Below, in pieces: positions 23,281-35,100 of a stretch of DNA of 43,284 bases (position 1 is the stretch's first letter; each line of letters starts with the position of its first letter). The notes beneath the pieces were generated by a model. It was not told where the DNA came from. It searched no databases and saw nothing but the letters and a program-made list of their open reading frames with translations. A program made the translations under genes and the position numbers. Origin of the DNA: Squatina squatina (taxonomy: Eukaryota); the NCBI GenBank assembly GCA_031763465.1, contig JARFOE010000176.1, positions 7,898,427 through 7,941,710 on the forward strand, read 5' to 3'.

Positions 23281-25591
23281 CTTTACAGATCATTCTGTCA
23301 GAAACATTTAAAGACAACCATGGTTTAACAGACGATGAAACATAACTGAAAGTGGTCTGGTACGGGAAGAATTAAAGCAGTGACTATTCTGTGGCTGGAT
23401 CAGCTGTATTTTCCTCAAATCCACCATTTGCTCCAGACTCATTTCCTGATGTGCCTCTGACTATCTNNNNNNNNNNNNNNNNNNNNNNNNNNNNNNNNNN
23501 NNNNNNNNNNNNNNNNNNNNNNNNNNNNNNNNNNNNNNNNNNNNNNNNNNNNNNNNNNNNNNNNNNAAACATGTTAAAATGCATTGTTAGTTTTTTGTTA
23601 CAAAATCTGCGTGTTAAATAAATGCAATTAATGTACCGCGAGCCATTGAAAGCAAGAGAGACGTGTTTAAAACGGCCGTGTGATATTAAGGAGCTGTTTC
23701 TGGTGCAATTATCGGTGTTTTGAGGACATAAGGAAATTGACTTTAATAAACTCTTTATTACTGATGTTACATTTAGACTACCTCGGTGTTTTTTTACTCT
23801 AGAATCATTCAAACCAGCTAAAAGTAAAGCACCATATTTGCCTCGGCTTTATTTAATATTGATACTATACTTACAATAATTATTATTTTTAAACAAATTC
23901 TCCAACTTGTTTGGAGGAACAATGAACAGTTAAGTCTATCGGAAGCAATAAGTCTCTTCAAATTACATTTCTATCTTCTTTACAACATTTACGGAAACGG
24001 GTACATTACTTTTTTTTGTTTCCGGTTGTCACTGTGACTTTTTGAAATATATTAATTAATGGTCCAGCATTTCGAACCTTATTTTGTTCGCAATGTTTAA
24101 AGATCCTGAATAAATAACTATATTTTGTGTTCCAACTGTTTTAAGACGTGACGAGATTGTGGTAAATAGTTTACTTTTGATCTACTACAACCACGATTTT
24201 TCCTAACCAATTTTATTTTGATTAAATGAAACTTCTGCACACCTACGAGACAGTTGAGAGGAACGTTCGTATTGCCCCGCCTTAATGTACTTTGAGAGTA
24301 TATCGGGTTGAAGTTCCCAAAGTATCACATTTAAAGATACTGTGTATAGATGTAAAATGGGTTTATAATTAATGAAACAAAGTGGCACCAGAGAGGTTGC
24401 AGTGCTTGTTGTAAATTCTAAAACATGTGGTTAAAATCCAATTAATATCAAAGCTCTGTTTTAAAATAGGTGAAACCTACAGTAATGGTGTGCAGTCTGA
24501 CAGAGACCTAGCGAAAGATGTTGTGACCTTACATAACCGCGGTGGCAGTCCTCTGTGCGCTGACGCCCACGGCAGTAACACATCCGGAGCAAATTCAGCT
24601 GTGAAGGTTTATTCAGATGTTGGCCTCTTTCCTAGTGCAGACACTCTGCTACCATCCGAAATACAGTTCTTTTCAATCAAAGTGGAATTAGGCAACCCAA
24701 TCAAATTAACTCACTATTAAAGCCCCACTTTATTAAATCGTTGTATTGTAGTCATATTATGTTACACTGATTGGAAGATTCAGGAACAACTTTTGTAATA
24801 TTGCCAGACTACTTGCAAAATATGTGTTGCATTAATTGACGGGAAGTTATTGTAAAGGGTCCCTTAAAATAGTTCAGACATTTAGCATTCTTTTGACATC
24901 AGCGGCGATATTAGTCTGCGAAAGTAAAAACTGAATTTTTTTTTCTTGAGGTAAAAACCCATCTGAGCTGCTGATAGAAATGTCCCTGTTTCAAACAGGT
25001 TTCATATTTCCCTTTCTGAACACCACGGTATGAGCGGTAGCTGTAAGCTCGACACTGTCCTTTTAGACATGATGTTTACACAGTTATACTTGATGCAAGA
25101 AAGTAAATAGATCAATTCTGCCAGAGAGCCGTTTAGCAGGATTAGGTTGCCATGGCTACGAATTTGATGAGTTGTGCAATCTTAATTCATCAATACAGTG
25201 AGCCCCTCTTTATTATATCTACACGGCCATAAAGTTTTAATGACACTCGAGTGTATTCTTCGGACTGATTCAGGCATTTCATGAATCAATTCTGGGTTTT
25301 TCTTTCAATTCTTTTCTAAACAGTTCGAGGTAAGCTTGGTGAACGCCTCACCAACTGTGTGTATTCGCTGCCATCAGAAAATTGGTTCAATATTTTCGGA
25401 ATAACTCTGGATTTCGTTTAGCACAACTAGGTTCTTTGGATCTCATTTTTCCTCGTGAAAAATCACGGTTTNNNNNNNNNNNNNNNNNNNNNNNNNNNNN
25501 NNNNNNCAAATAAACTCCTGTGCTGTCAGCTTTAGTTTGGTCAGAGGTTTCATTCAAGATCCGTCTCCAGAAATGTGTTTACAAAATAACT

Positions 25592-25597
25592 TTTATT
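25592..25597 (-). terminator. Candidate dmrta2 poly(A) signal
   Basis: TTTATT on + (AATAAA on -), about 1.1 kb after the stop and preceded on the - strand by several TGTA motifs. An alternative pair lies at 26324-26334. Confidence 0.45.
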
Positions 25598-26699
25598 TCT
25601 ATCAAATGCAGACACATAACTTTGACTGTTTACACGAAAAATAAATGCTAGAATCAACACAGATCAGCAGCAAGCTTTTATATACAGTGCAAGTGTACAA
25701 ACAATGCGCTACTGTCTTGCTGTAGCCTTTGCCTAAATACAATTACAAATGCAGCTAGTTCTCCTGACGTTTGGTATATACACATTTTCCATTTATGTCT
25801 ATTTTGTCTATTTGAAAGAAACAGTCGCAAAACAAGCCCTAACTCCAAAATCTACAATAAAATATTTAATCTGCACCTTAAAAAAGGTACGTCGCACGTT
25901 GTCCGCGGTTCCATTAGAATATCGTTTCTTCTACATATTACATTAATAATTTAGGATTAATTCAGTTTTGTTTATAGACATTACACTTGAGTATTTAAGT
26001 ACACAATAATCAAAGGAATTCTCCCTCAATGTATCTCAACTCTGAGCTTCGGAGAAGCACCACCGACTGCACTGGGCTGCCTTTGCTTTTGCGACATCAA
26101 TCATCTCCATGGCTTGTCTGAGTAAAGCTATCAATCTAATGCCAATCTCTGCTAAATTATGGCCAGTTTTTACTGAGGATCTGTGGCCACTATAAAAGGG
26201 GTTCTGAGTACTCAAAGTCACTGCAATTATAGGCGATTGTCCCAGCACTCTCAACAGGGATCAGTGCTCTCAGGAAGAATATGTTGGTAAATTACAGAAT
26301 CGCAGCCTGTAATTTTCTGTCCATTTATTTTATTGGGTCTGGGATTTGCCAGCTTGCGAGCTTTCTTCCCCATTCAGTGCATAGAATTGTGGAATCATTC
26401 CCTTTGATCTTTACAGCTTCTTGGTTTTAGTGTAGTGCCCACAGCCTGATTTATGTTGCTTAAAGCAGCAGCCAACTGTTATTCCTTNNNNNNNNNNNNN
26501 NNNNNNNNNNNNNNNNNNNNNNNNNNNNNNNNNNNNNNNNNNNNNNNNNNNNNNNNNNNNNNNNNNNNNNNNNNNNNNNNNNNNNNNTATTTAGCTTTCC
26601 CCCATGCATGTTCTAAAATAACCACACAGGCATGGGGCAATTCCCAGCAATCCAGCTAGTGCTTTGTGGCAGTTTTAAGACGCCTTGGAGCGTTGCAAC

Positions 26700-27571
26700 T
26701 TACTGTTTCTCCATGTTATTATTTACAACCGATCCGTAAAGTCCATTAGTGTACACTTGATCTTTCTGCAAGTTGGACCTATCTCGCATGAGATCGCTGA
26801 AGGCGTAATCCATGGGTGGACGAAAGCCCAGTGTTGGGACAAGACCTGTTGTGGAATAAGGCGTCATGAAAGCAAGTCCCCTGCTATGGGCAGAATATGC
26901 CAAGCGAAGAGGATTGAGTCCTAGATGTGGCCCAATAGCATAGGCATTGGGATCTGCAGTAAAATGGGCCGCATTGGGTTGCAGTGGGGAGAAAGCAGAC
27001 CTGTTGCCCAGAGTCCCAATGGCAGGAGGCACGGCCCCAGCTACCAGAGGTCGATGTGATGTAGGTCCTTGCACAGTCTGATGAGTCCTATCTCGGTGCC
27101 AAGTTTCTTCGGAAACCTTGTCTTGTTCTCTATTGTTCAGAATCTGCTCGATGGCTTGGACAACGTCCCCTCCGCAACCTTGGAGGACGAGCTCTAGAAC
27201 GCTTCTCTTGTGCGAAGGAAAAACTCTGGTCAGAATTTCTATGGGTGTCCTTTGGCGGGCACCTGTGGACGGGGTGCCGTCTCTCTCATCCTTTTCTGCC
27301 TCTGACCCTGAATCAGAGCCCAGCGGCGTGATGGTCCTTGGGCTATCCTCTCCTTCTTTAAGCACTTTACAGATGGGGGAGCTGAGGAATGATTCTCCAT
27401 CTCCGTTCTCTGACCCAGAGCCGTGACGAACGTCTGGGGACGAAGTCCCCGGCACACTGCCCGTGCCCGACTCGCCGTCGCAGGCCACCGACTTCACCAA
27501 GGACTGTTGAGGAGTAACAGCTCGCGGCATTAAACTTTTTTGAAATAACTCATACTTCTGGAGTTTCGTTT
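26700..27571 (-). CDS. dmrta2: Dmrta2 second coding exon with the DMA domain and C-terminal motif
   Basis: Acceptor ccttgatttgcag|AA gives (E)[13 protein letters not shown], in frame with ORF 26700..27530. DMA domain [38 protein letters not shown] and C-terminal [17 protein letters not shown]. 872 nt; the joined CDS is 1296 nt, or 431 aa. Confidence 0.96.
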
Positions 27572-28992
27572 CTGCAAATCAAGGTTTTAAAATGTTTTAA
27601 ACGATTGTAATCCAGAGTGGATTTTCTAGAAGTTTTAAAGTCATTCGTGTCTGAACTGTCGTAATTATGTATAAATACAAGGCAAGTTGAATATAAGCAC
27701 AACAGACAATGGGATTTTGAAAGTTCGTGGTAAGATATTGGAACGTTGACAGCTCACATTTTGCTATCANNNNNNNNNNNNNNNNNNNNNNNNNNNNNNN
27801 NNNNNNNNNNNNNNNNNNNNNNNNNNNNNNNNNNNNNNNNNNNNNNNNNNNNNNNNNNNNNNNNNNNNNNNNNNNNNNNNNNNNNNNNNNNNNNNNNNNN
27901 NNNNNNNNNNNNNNNNNNNNNNNNNNNNNNNNNNNNNNNNNNNNNNNNNNNNNNNNNNNNNNNNNNNNNNNNNNNNNNNNNNNNNNNNNNNNNNNNNNNN
28001 NNNNNNNNNNNNNNNNNNNNNNNNNNNNNNNNNNNNNNNNNNNNNNNNNNNNNNNNNNNNNNNNNNNNNNNNNNNNNNNNNNNNNNNNNNNNNNNNNNNN
28101 NNNNNNNNNNNNNNNNNNNNNNNNNNNNNNNNNNNNNNNNNNNNNNNNNNNNNNNNNNNNNNNNNNNNNNNNNNNNNNNNNNNNNNNNNNNNNNNNNNNN
28201 NNNNNNNNNNNNNNNNNNNNNNNNNNNNNNNNNNNNNNNNNNNNNNNNNNNNNNNNNNNNNNNNNNNNNNNNNNNNNNNNAATCACATTCTTCCCTACTC
28301 TCTCTTACAATTGCACATGTACAAATATTGTGTCGTCTGTACACGGAAAATCGACAAAGGTAGAATGGAATGCTGTCTCTGAAGTGAATAAGTGACACTG
28401 TGATAACCAAAACCGGAATAATATCATTCCCCAATGTAATTGGCCAATTACCCGGACCAATTTTCTACAGAAGAAAAATGTTTTTTAATCGTCATTGGTT
28501 GAAAGTTTAGATTCCACAACAGATGAGGTGTTTATTAATCCAATTACTACATCAAACTACATTAACATCTAAGGCCTAAGCAACTCCACTGAGTATTAAT
28601 GATGAAAGAGGCCAGGACAATGTGAGGTTCTCTACTTGTCCTCTCGCAAACTTAAAACTTCCCGAGCGGCAATTTATTTACACGTTGTCATTGCTAGTTT
28701 ATAAATTTGATCTTGAAAAACGTATATTTAATCATTTTAAAAATACATGTTAAAATATCCAATTAAACGTAGTAAACATGAATTCATTATGAAGGTATTA
28801 TTATTACGCTCTTAAATAAACACACCCAAGATTCTGTGGGACAGACCTTTCCACAAACATGGATTCATTATCGACTGGCTTGATTTTGAATTTAAAATTA
28901 ACAAGCACTTCGCTGGAAAAAGCAGCTGCGAGCAAAGAGTTTTCAAGCGATCAAACAAAAGTTCCCGAAACTTTTGAAAGCTAAAGTTTTAC

Positions 28993-29416
28993 CTGCGTTA
29001 CCCTCGGAGCAGGCGGAACCAAAGACGTCGTACGAGGATCGGGATGGGATCATACCGTTGGCAGCTGCAATGGCCAGTCCTTCCGCTGTCCCGTACAGAA
29101 GTTGCAGCTCCCGAGCTTCATTTTCTTCCTGTGCCTGCTGCCTCCTCAGGGCCACCTGGGCCGCCATCACTCTCTGCCTCTCGGCGATCAGGGTGCACTT
29201 GGCACACATGCAATCCTTCCAGCGACAGTAACGTTTGTGGCCCTTCAGAGCGGAGACGACCCCGTGGTTCCTGCATCGGGCGCATTTGGGAGTCCTGGGG
29301 TACTTTTCGGCGGCGCGCAAAAGCAGAGGCGGAGCACGAAGGAGCGTCCCCGCCACGGAGACAGGTATAGCTGTCGGAGTAGTCGGGGTGCTAGAAAGCT
29401 CCGTACGTAGTTCCAT
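28993..29416 (-). CDS. dmrta2: Doublesex- and mab-3-related transcription factor A2 (Dmrt5), first coding exon with the DM zinc-binding domain
   Basis: ATG at 29416 (aaagtaATGG, good Kozak context). Translates MELRTELSS...[87 protein letters not shown].... Donor GCAG|gtaaaa; 424 nt; phase 1. Confidence 0.96.
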
Positions 29417-30156
29417 TACTTTAGAATAGATTGCTGCTAAATTAAAAATGATTGCTGCGAATTTCAACCTCAAACTAGTTCGTAAAAACTCGGCTGGGAA
29501 CAGTTGGGATCGCCACGTATTAATGCGCAGGCAAGATTAGGAAAGACACTAAGAGCGATGTGAGNNNNNNNNNNNNNNNNNNNNNNNNNNNNNNNNNNNN
29601 NNNNNNNNNNNNNNNNNNNNNNNNNNNNNNNNNNNNNNNNNNNNNNNNNNNNNNNNNNNNNNNNNNNNNNNNNNNNNNNNNNNNNNNNNNNNNNNNNNNN
29701 NNNNNNNNNNNNNNNNNNNNNNNNNNNNNNNNNNNNNNNNNNNNNNNNNNNNNNNNCCTGAACCTTCAAAAATAACCAAGTGAAAATTACAACAGTATCT
29801 TAAAGATACAACTGTTCCCATACTAACTTAAACAACAGACTTATCCTTTATTTTACGCTCAATGTTATTTGGAGACGTTACTTTTTTAGCAAAATGTTTA
29901 CTAAAAGAAGTTCTACTTTCTTTTGCAGGCAGTCGTTATAAAGATGATGTAATTACCGTGTAAGTCAGACGTTGAATTCTGGGTAAGTAAGTTACTTCAA
30001 TAATTATTTCCTCTGGTAATTGCAATGGGGTTTTTAATTAGTTTCGCTGCCATCAATACACACCGCTTTCGCAAGAGATAGCACATTTTAATTTATACAC
30101 TTGATATCCGTGTTTCAGCAAATCAACTTTGTAATTTTTCCCATTGTCAGTGCGGT

Positions 30157-30219
30157 ATAATTCATTGGTTGTGACACGCTTTGGGACGTGAAAGGCGCTA
30201 TATCAAATGCAAGTTTTTT
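30157..30219 (+). mobile_element. Deu-type SINE 3' tail fragment
   Basis: cgctttgggacgtgaaaggcgctatatcaaatgcaag matches 40160-40205. Confidence 0.7.
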
Positions 30220-32031
30220 CAATTTTCTTGATGAAATGAAAGAATTATACATTTAAAATGTGAATGTGAGACCTTATAATTGGCTAACAGTTCACTAATA
30301 AGTTTTGTATCTCAAAAATGGGCAACACTGTCGTTATTCATGGATGTTGACGCTAGATCCTTGATTCTGAAGAATGAAGGCAAACTAGTGATGTAGACAT
30401 GAAGATAAATATGAAAACCCAAGATTATGTGTTTCATGGTCTTGAGGTTTCGCTTGAGTTTTGCATACCAAATTTATTATCTGCTACAAGTAATTTTACA
30501 GAAAGTGAGAAATCGTTTGGGTTTATATTATGCATGAACGGATGCTTTGTATCTAAAATGGTATTTTTTCCAACTATATATAAATAAACCATAATGGAGA
30601 AGTGGCCTTTTGTCAGTATAATAAGTCAAAGAATTGTTTTAGTCGAGAAATTCCGTCCTAAGGAATCCCTCTGCTCCCACTTTCCAAAGAAATTATCCAA
30701 CAGCGTCCCGAGTGGAAGAGCAAAGAGCGAGTGACGAGTGTGGTAACCACAATCCAATCCACTGAGCCGCAGAATGCCGCTCCCGGAAATGGCCGATGGA
30801 TGTTAACTGTTGCTAACAACGCTCCTCACAGAATGATAAAATGTGTAACTTTGTTTAACTTTGAGACAGAGNNNNNNNNNNTGTTTAATCAGTCCCACCT
30901 ATATTATATTCTATATTGCCTCTGTATCTAAAGGCACGGGGGAACCAAAACAAAACTTATTTATCCATTCCAACAAGTGGGCGAATTGGCAGCAACATAC
31001 ATTTACTCTGGAATGTGGAAACTGCAAAATATCTATTATATGAATGCGTTGTTGAAACTTAAAAATAAATAGGAAACTGGATTAATATTTTCGAAAGAGC
31101 TGAAACTGGAAACGGCTAACTGTGATAGATAGACTCCTAATTAAATGCGGCACTTCTATTAAAGCCCATCATTGTACAGAATGTTTGAAGTGTTCTGTTT
31201 GGCCAAGTATTGAAGTCAGATCCCAGTCACACGACAGATCATTGTTTATTGGAGCTGAAGGTTTGTCTTCAGAACCACGATTCAGAATCTATGTTAAAGA
31301 TTCGAATGTGATTTATTTTGTTTCCGTAATTGGTGATAATTAAGATTAATTGACAAAACATGCTTAGCTATCCGCCTGGTTGAATTAATTGTCCTTGCGT
31401 TTGGCGTTTACAACGCTACAAGGTTGTTGGAAACAACAGGTTAAACAGCTAAACCAAGCGTCATCTGCAGCGAAACAGAAAATAATCTGAATTTAAAAAG
31501 GTCTCGCCGAGATGCCATTCTCCAAACTATCATAAATCAATCAGCTGCCAAACACCTCCTCCCTTCTTAGAGCAGCTGGGGTAATTTAACTGGTAATTTT
31601 ATCCGCCGTTCGACTTCATGCACTGCAAGATGCATCGTTTAACCTGAATCGACTAGTTTATTTAGAGCAAATTTCGCGCCTTCATACCANNNNNNNNNNA
31701 CCAAAGAATTGCGGGACGCGGTTTTAATTAAGAAAAAGGGCAGAATTACAGGTCTGTGTGGTTATGTAATTCACGTGATATTGACTGCTAATTGGATATG
31801 TGAAATCATACAGACCTTGGCAGGAAGAATATAATGTTGATGTTTGGGTTTATAAAATTGAGTAATTATGTAATAAGGGACGTTCAAATAGATAATTTTG
31901 TCACGCTTCCTGAAAGGGCTATATTGTGTTCAAAATGTGCAGATTGTCCGTCTCGCTGCACGTTGTAAAATGCTGTACACTGATCTTAATATTGTAAATA
32001 TATAGATGATTCCTTAAAACAATATCCGACT

Positions 32032-32100
32032 TAAGAACAGAAAATGCTGAAAATACACAGCAGGTCAGTCAGCATCTGTGAAGAGAAAATACAGGTTATA
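32032..32100 (+). repeat. Short interspersed repeat fragment (recalled as Penelope-like-associated in sharks)
   Basis: acagaaaatgctgaaaatacacagcaggtcagtcagcatctgtgaagagaaaa. Classified from memory only. Confidence 0.4.
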
Positions 32101-35100
32101 AATATTTTCTGCCCGAAGTTTAGCATTTAACTAACTCATATATCGCGATTACAAATATTAAACATACTCGTTCAATAAAGCATCATATTGTTCCAGATTT
32201 GTGTGCTGTTTTTAAATTTTGTTAGCTATGAAAATGCTAACGATAATTATGTAACGATAAAAAGTCATTGGTCGATCAGTTTTTTTTTAAAAACCAGTAT
32301 CCTTAAAGGCACAACCTCTTCTTTTTTAAGCGTGTCATCTTTCATTTCAGCTCAAGTTCGTGGATTTTGGTCAAAATCAAGCAACCGACGAGTTCTGTGT
32401 ACCAGAGAGATTTAAGCACAGCTCAATCAGTACACTGATTGAAATAACTAACAACAAAATGGCGGTGACAACATAATAGTGTCAGTTGAAAGACAAAACG
32501 TATATTGTTATATATTTTGGGGCCATAAAGTAGAGATGTTGCAGATTTAACCATGGTTACAAAAGCAAATTTGCTTGGTATGACATGGTAAGAATGGGAA
32601 GGAATATCACTACTGTATTTGATATCAAAGTATAAACGTAAACTGATGGAAATGTTTATTTTTAATGCTGTTTATCCTTCGGAATGGCAGCGCTGCGCAC
32701 AAACAAACATTTAGGATTTCGACTAAACAGATCATTTTGATGGTTCATTGAAGGAATGTCCACTAACTAAAACTGGTTTCTTCCCATATTGGGTCTTCAG
32801 AGTCGGACTATGAGGGTTCTGCGGTATCGAGTGAGAAATGCTGGTGACAGATTAAAAAGTCATTCAGGATTAAACGGTTACTGTGATACACATGTAACAA
32901 CGGATTTATAGTCTTTATAAATCCAGGTGGAGCTCTGCAGCATGTGGTACTGCTTTACGATGTAAAGGAAAGAGCTGGAATTTACATACCACCTTCTCAA
33001 AAACAACCGAAAGTACTTCTAACTCAATGAATTGCTTTGTAGTGGAATTACTATTATCGTGCAACTAAAACATGACAGCCATCTTTCATAGGATTACATC
33101 GGATATACGACACAGAANNNNNNNNNNNNNNNNNNNNNNNNNNNNNNNNNNNNNNNNNNNNNNNNNNNNNNNNNNNNNNNNNNNNNNNNNNNNNNNNNNN
33201 NNNNNNNNNNNNNNNNNNNNNNNNNNNNNNNNNGAAAAGAGTTTTTAAAAAAAATCAGTGCTGCACATTCCCATCCTCCCCCCACCCCCTCCTGTTCTCG
33301 GATTAATCCAGCCCCTCAGGATAAACCTCAAGCATTGACATTCCATCATCGCTTACTCCAACAACCCTGGCACTGACTCAAGACAGAAATATTTGTGCAA
33401 GTACTTTTTTTTATCAGGAATTATCCTTAAGTGTTTATTATCTGTTCTTTCTCCCTTTGACAGATGACAGTCCTCATGTACCTGCTAATGTAAGCGGTCT
33501 TTAAGGTTTCATTTGTTCCAGGGCCGTTCCATTGACTTTTTCATTGTTTACTGAATGAATCAGTGTAAGTAAATGCCATCTGTTTCCCGCTGGTTTAATC
33601 TGCACCTTTAATTACCCAGCCAAGAGTCTAATAGAGATGATATTAAACTAAATCTTTTTGACATTAAAAGTAATTATCTCAGGACGAATCTTACACGAAT
33701 GAAAATTACCTCGAAGATATCCGATTTTGAAGCTCGCTTTCACAAACGTCACTCAAGTAGATTTACACAATATTTAAGTTTTTGCACCCGGATATCACCA
33801 AGCAGTTGATGTCAATGGTGCTGATTACAATGTTTCATACATTTTGAATTATAGCATAAACTATTTNNNNNNNNNNNNNNNNNNNNNNNNNNNNNNNNNN
33901 NNNNNNNNNNNNNNNNNNNNNNNNNNNNNNNNNNNNNNNNNNNNNNNNNNNNNNNNNNNNNNNNNNAACCATGGCAAGTTAACCCACCCGTAGCCCTCTG
34001 CAGTGCCACTGTTTCTCTGGCACTGTCTCTCCAATGTTGCTGCCCTGCCATGGTGGAAGGGTCTGTCCTTTGGCCGGCTCTTCCCAACAAGCAGAGGGGA
34101 AATCAGAAACCAGAGCACAAGAGCTTTGAGCACAAACTCATTGTCCCTCTTGCACCTTGGCACAGGTTGTTGGGTCAAAATGCGCTCCATAAAATTTGGT
34201 TAATAGTTTTTCTAAAAGAAACACTAGTTTTCTATTAAAACCTATCACACAGACAATTATTTCTCGGATGGAAGTTTGTGCCTTCAGTGCACAGTGAGTT
34301 CCAGATTCCAACTGGGTATGATGTTGGGGAAAGTGTTGAAAGGAGGCCAGCACTTCCTCAGTGTTGCCCAAAAGTGAGGAAAGGAAAAGGTAGGACTGTT
34401 GTCCCAGACCTCTCACATTGATCTAAAAAATAGGATGCCTCCACCCAAAAGAAGTATGAGTTATTATATCGGATTCCACTTATGGTGACTACAACTCCTT
34501 TTTAATTTCCAAATTCATTCACACCCTGCCCATTGACTTTGCCACTAGCAAACCTGTATATAATGAACAGCCGCAGATTAACTGTGGTTGTTAACACAAA
34601 CACAGAGTATTTATCGGCATCATTCATTATTCCTTTTCCTATTGCCACGCTCATTGTTTAGCATTATAGGAACCAAGTATGACCAACTCTCTTGTAAACA
34701 TCATTGTCATTGAAAATGTCATTGAAAATCTCTGCACTCCTGTGCAAAACAATGCCAGCCTTGTTTTTTGTATACATTGTTCATCTTAAAACATTTATTT
34801 CTCTCCTCTGAGGAAACAAAACACCATTAGACAGGCAGGAAATTCTCTTACTGTGATTTCCTGCTTATTACTATTTTTCCTCTCCCTTTCTCCTCTCTAG
34901 AGCTGGCAGATTGCAGGAGACAACGATGTTGAATACAATCTGCCCCAACTAAACCAGCATCGTTCAAAGTACATTTCTCCATCCCCTTAAAAATCAGACA
35001 CACTTGAGACCCGCAATGTTTCCTATTTGTGTCTGTGGAAGTCAGGTTAGTGAAAGCTTTAAGTATTTTTGAAATACATATCGCTAAAGTTGGAAAACAA

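Noticed and set aside
27118-29429. Plus-strand ORFs overlapping the dmrta2 exons
   Set aside because: Antisense shadows of GC-rich coding sequence with no recognisable domains.
29417-29473. 19-aa N-terminal extension of the dmrta2 ORF in the track, and read-through to 28943
   Set aside because: The extension starts at TTG rather than ATG. The family-typical MELR start with a good Kozak context is at 29416, and the tail past 28993 is intron.
32884-32900. DMRT-like pseudo-palindrome gatacacatgtaac upstream of dmrta2 (autoregulation)
   Set aside because: The half-site spacing is one base off the DM consensus, and such words are frequent in AT-rich DNA.
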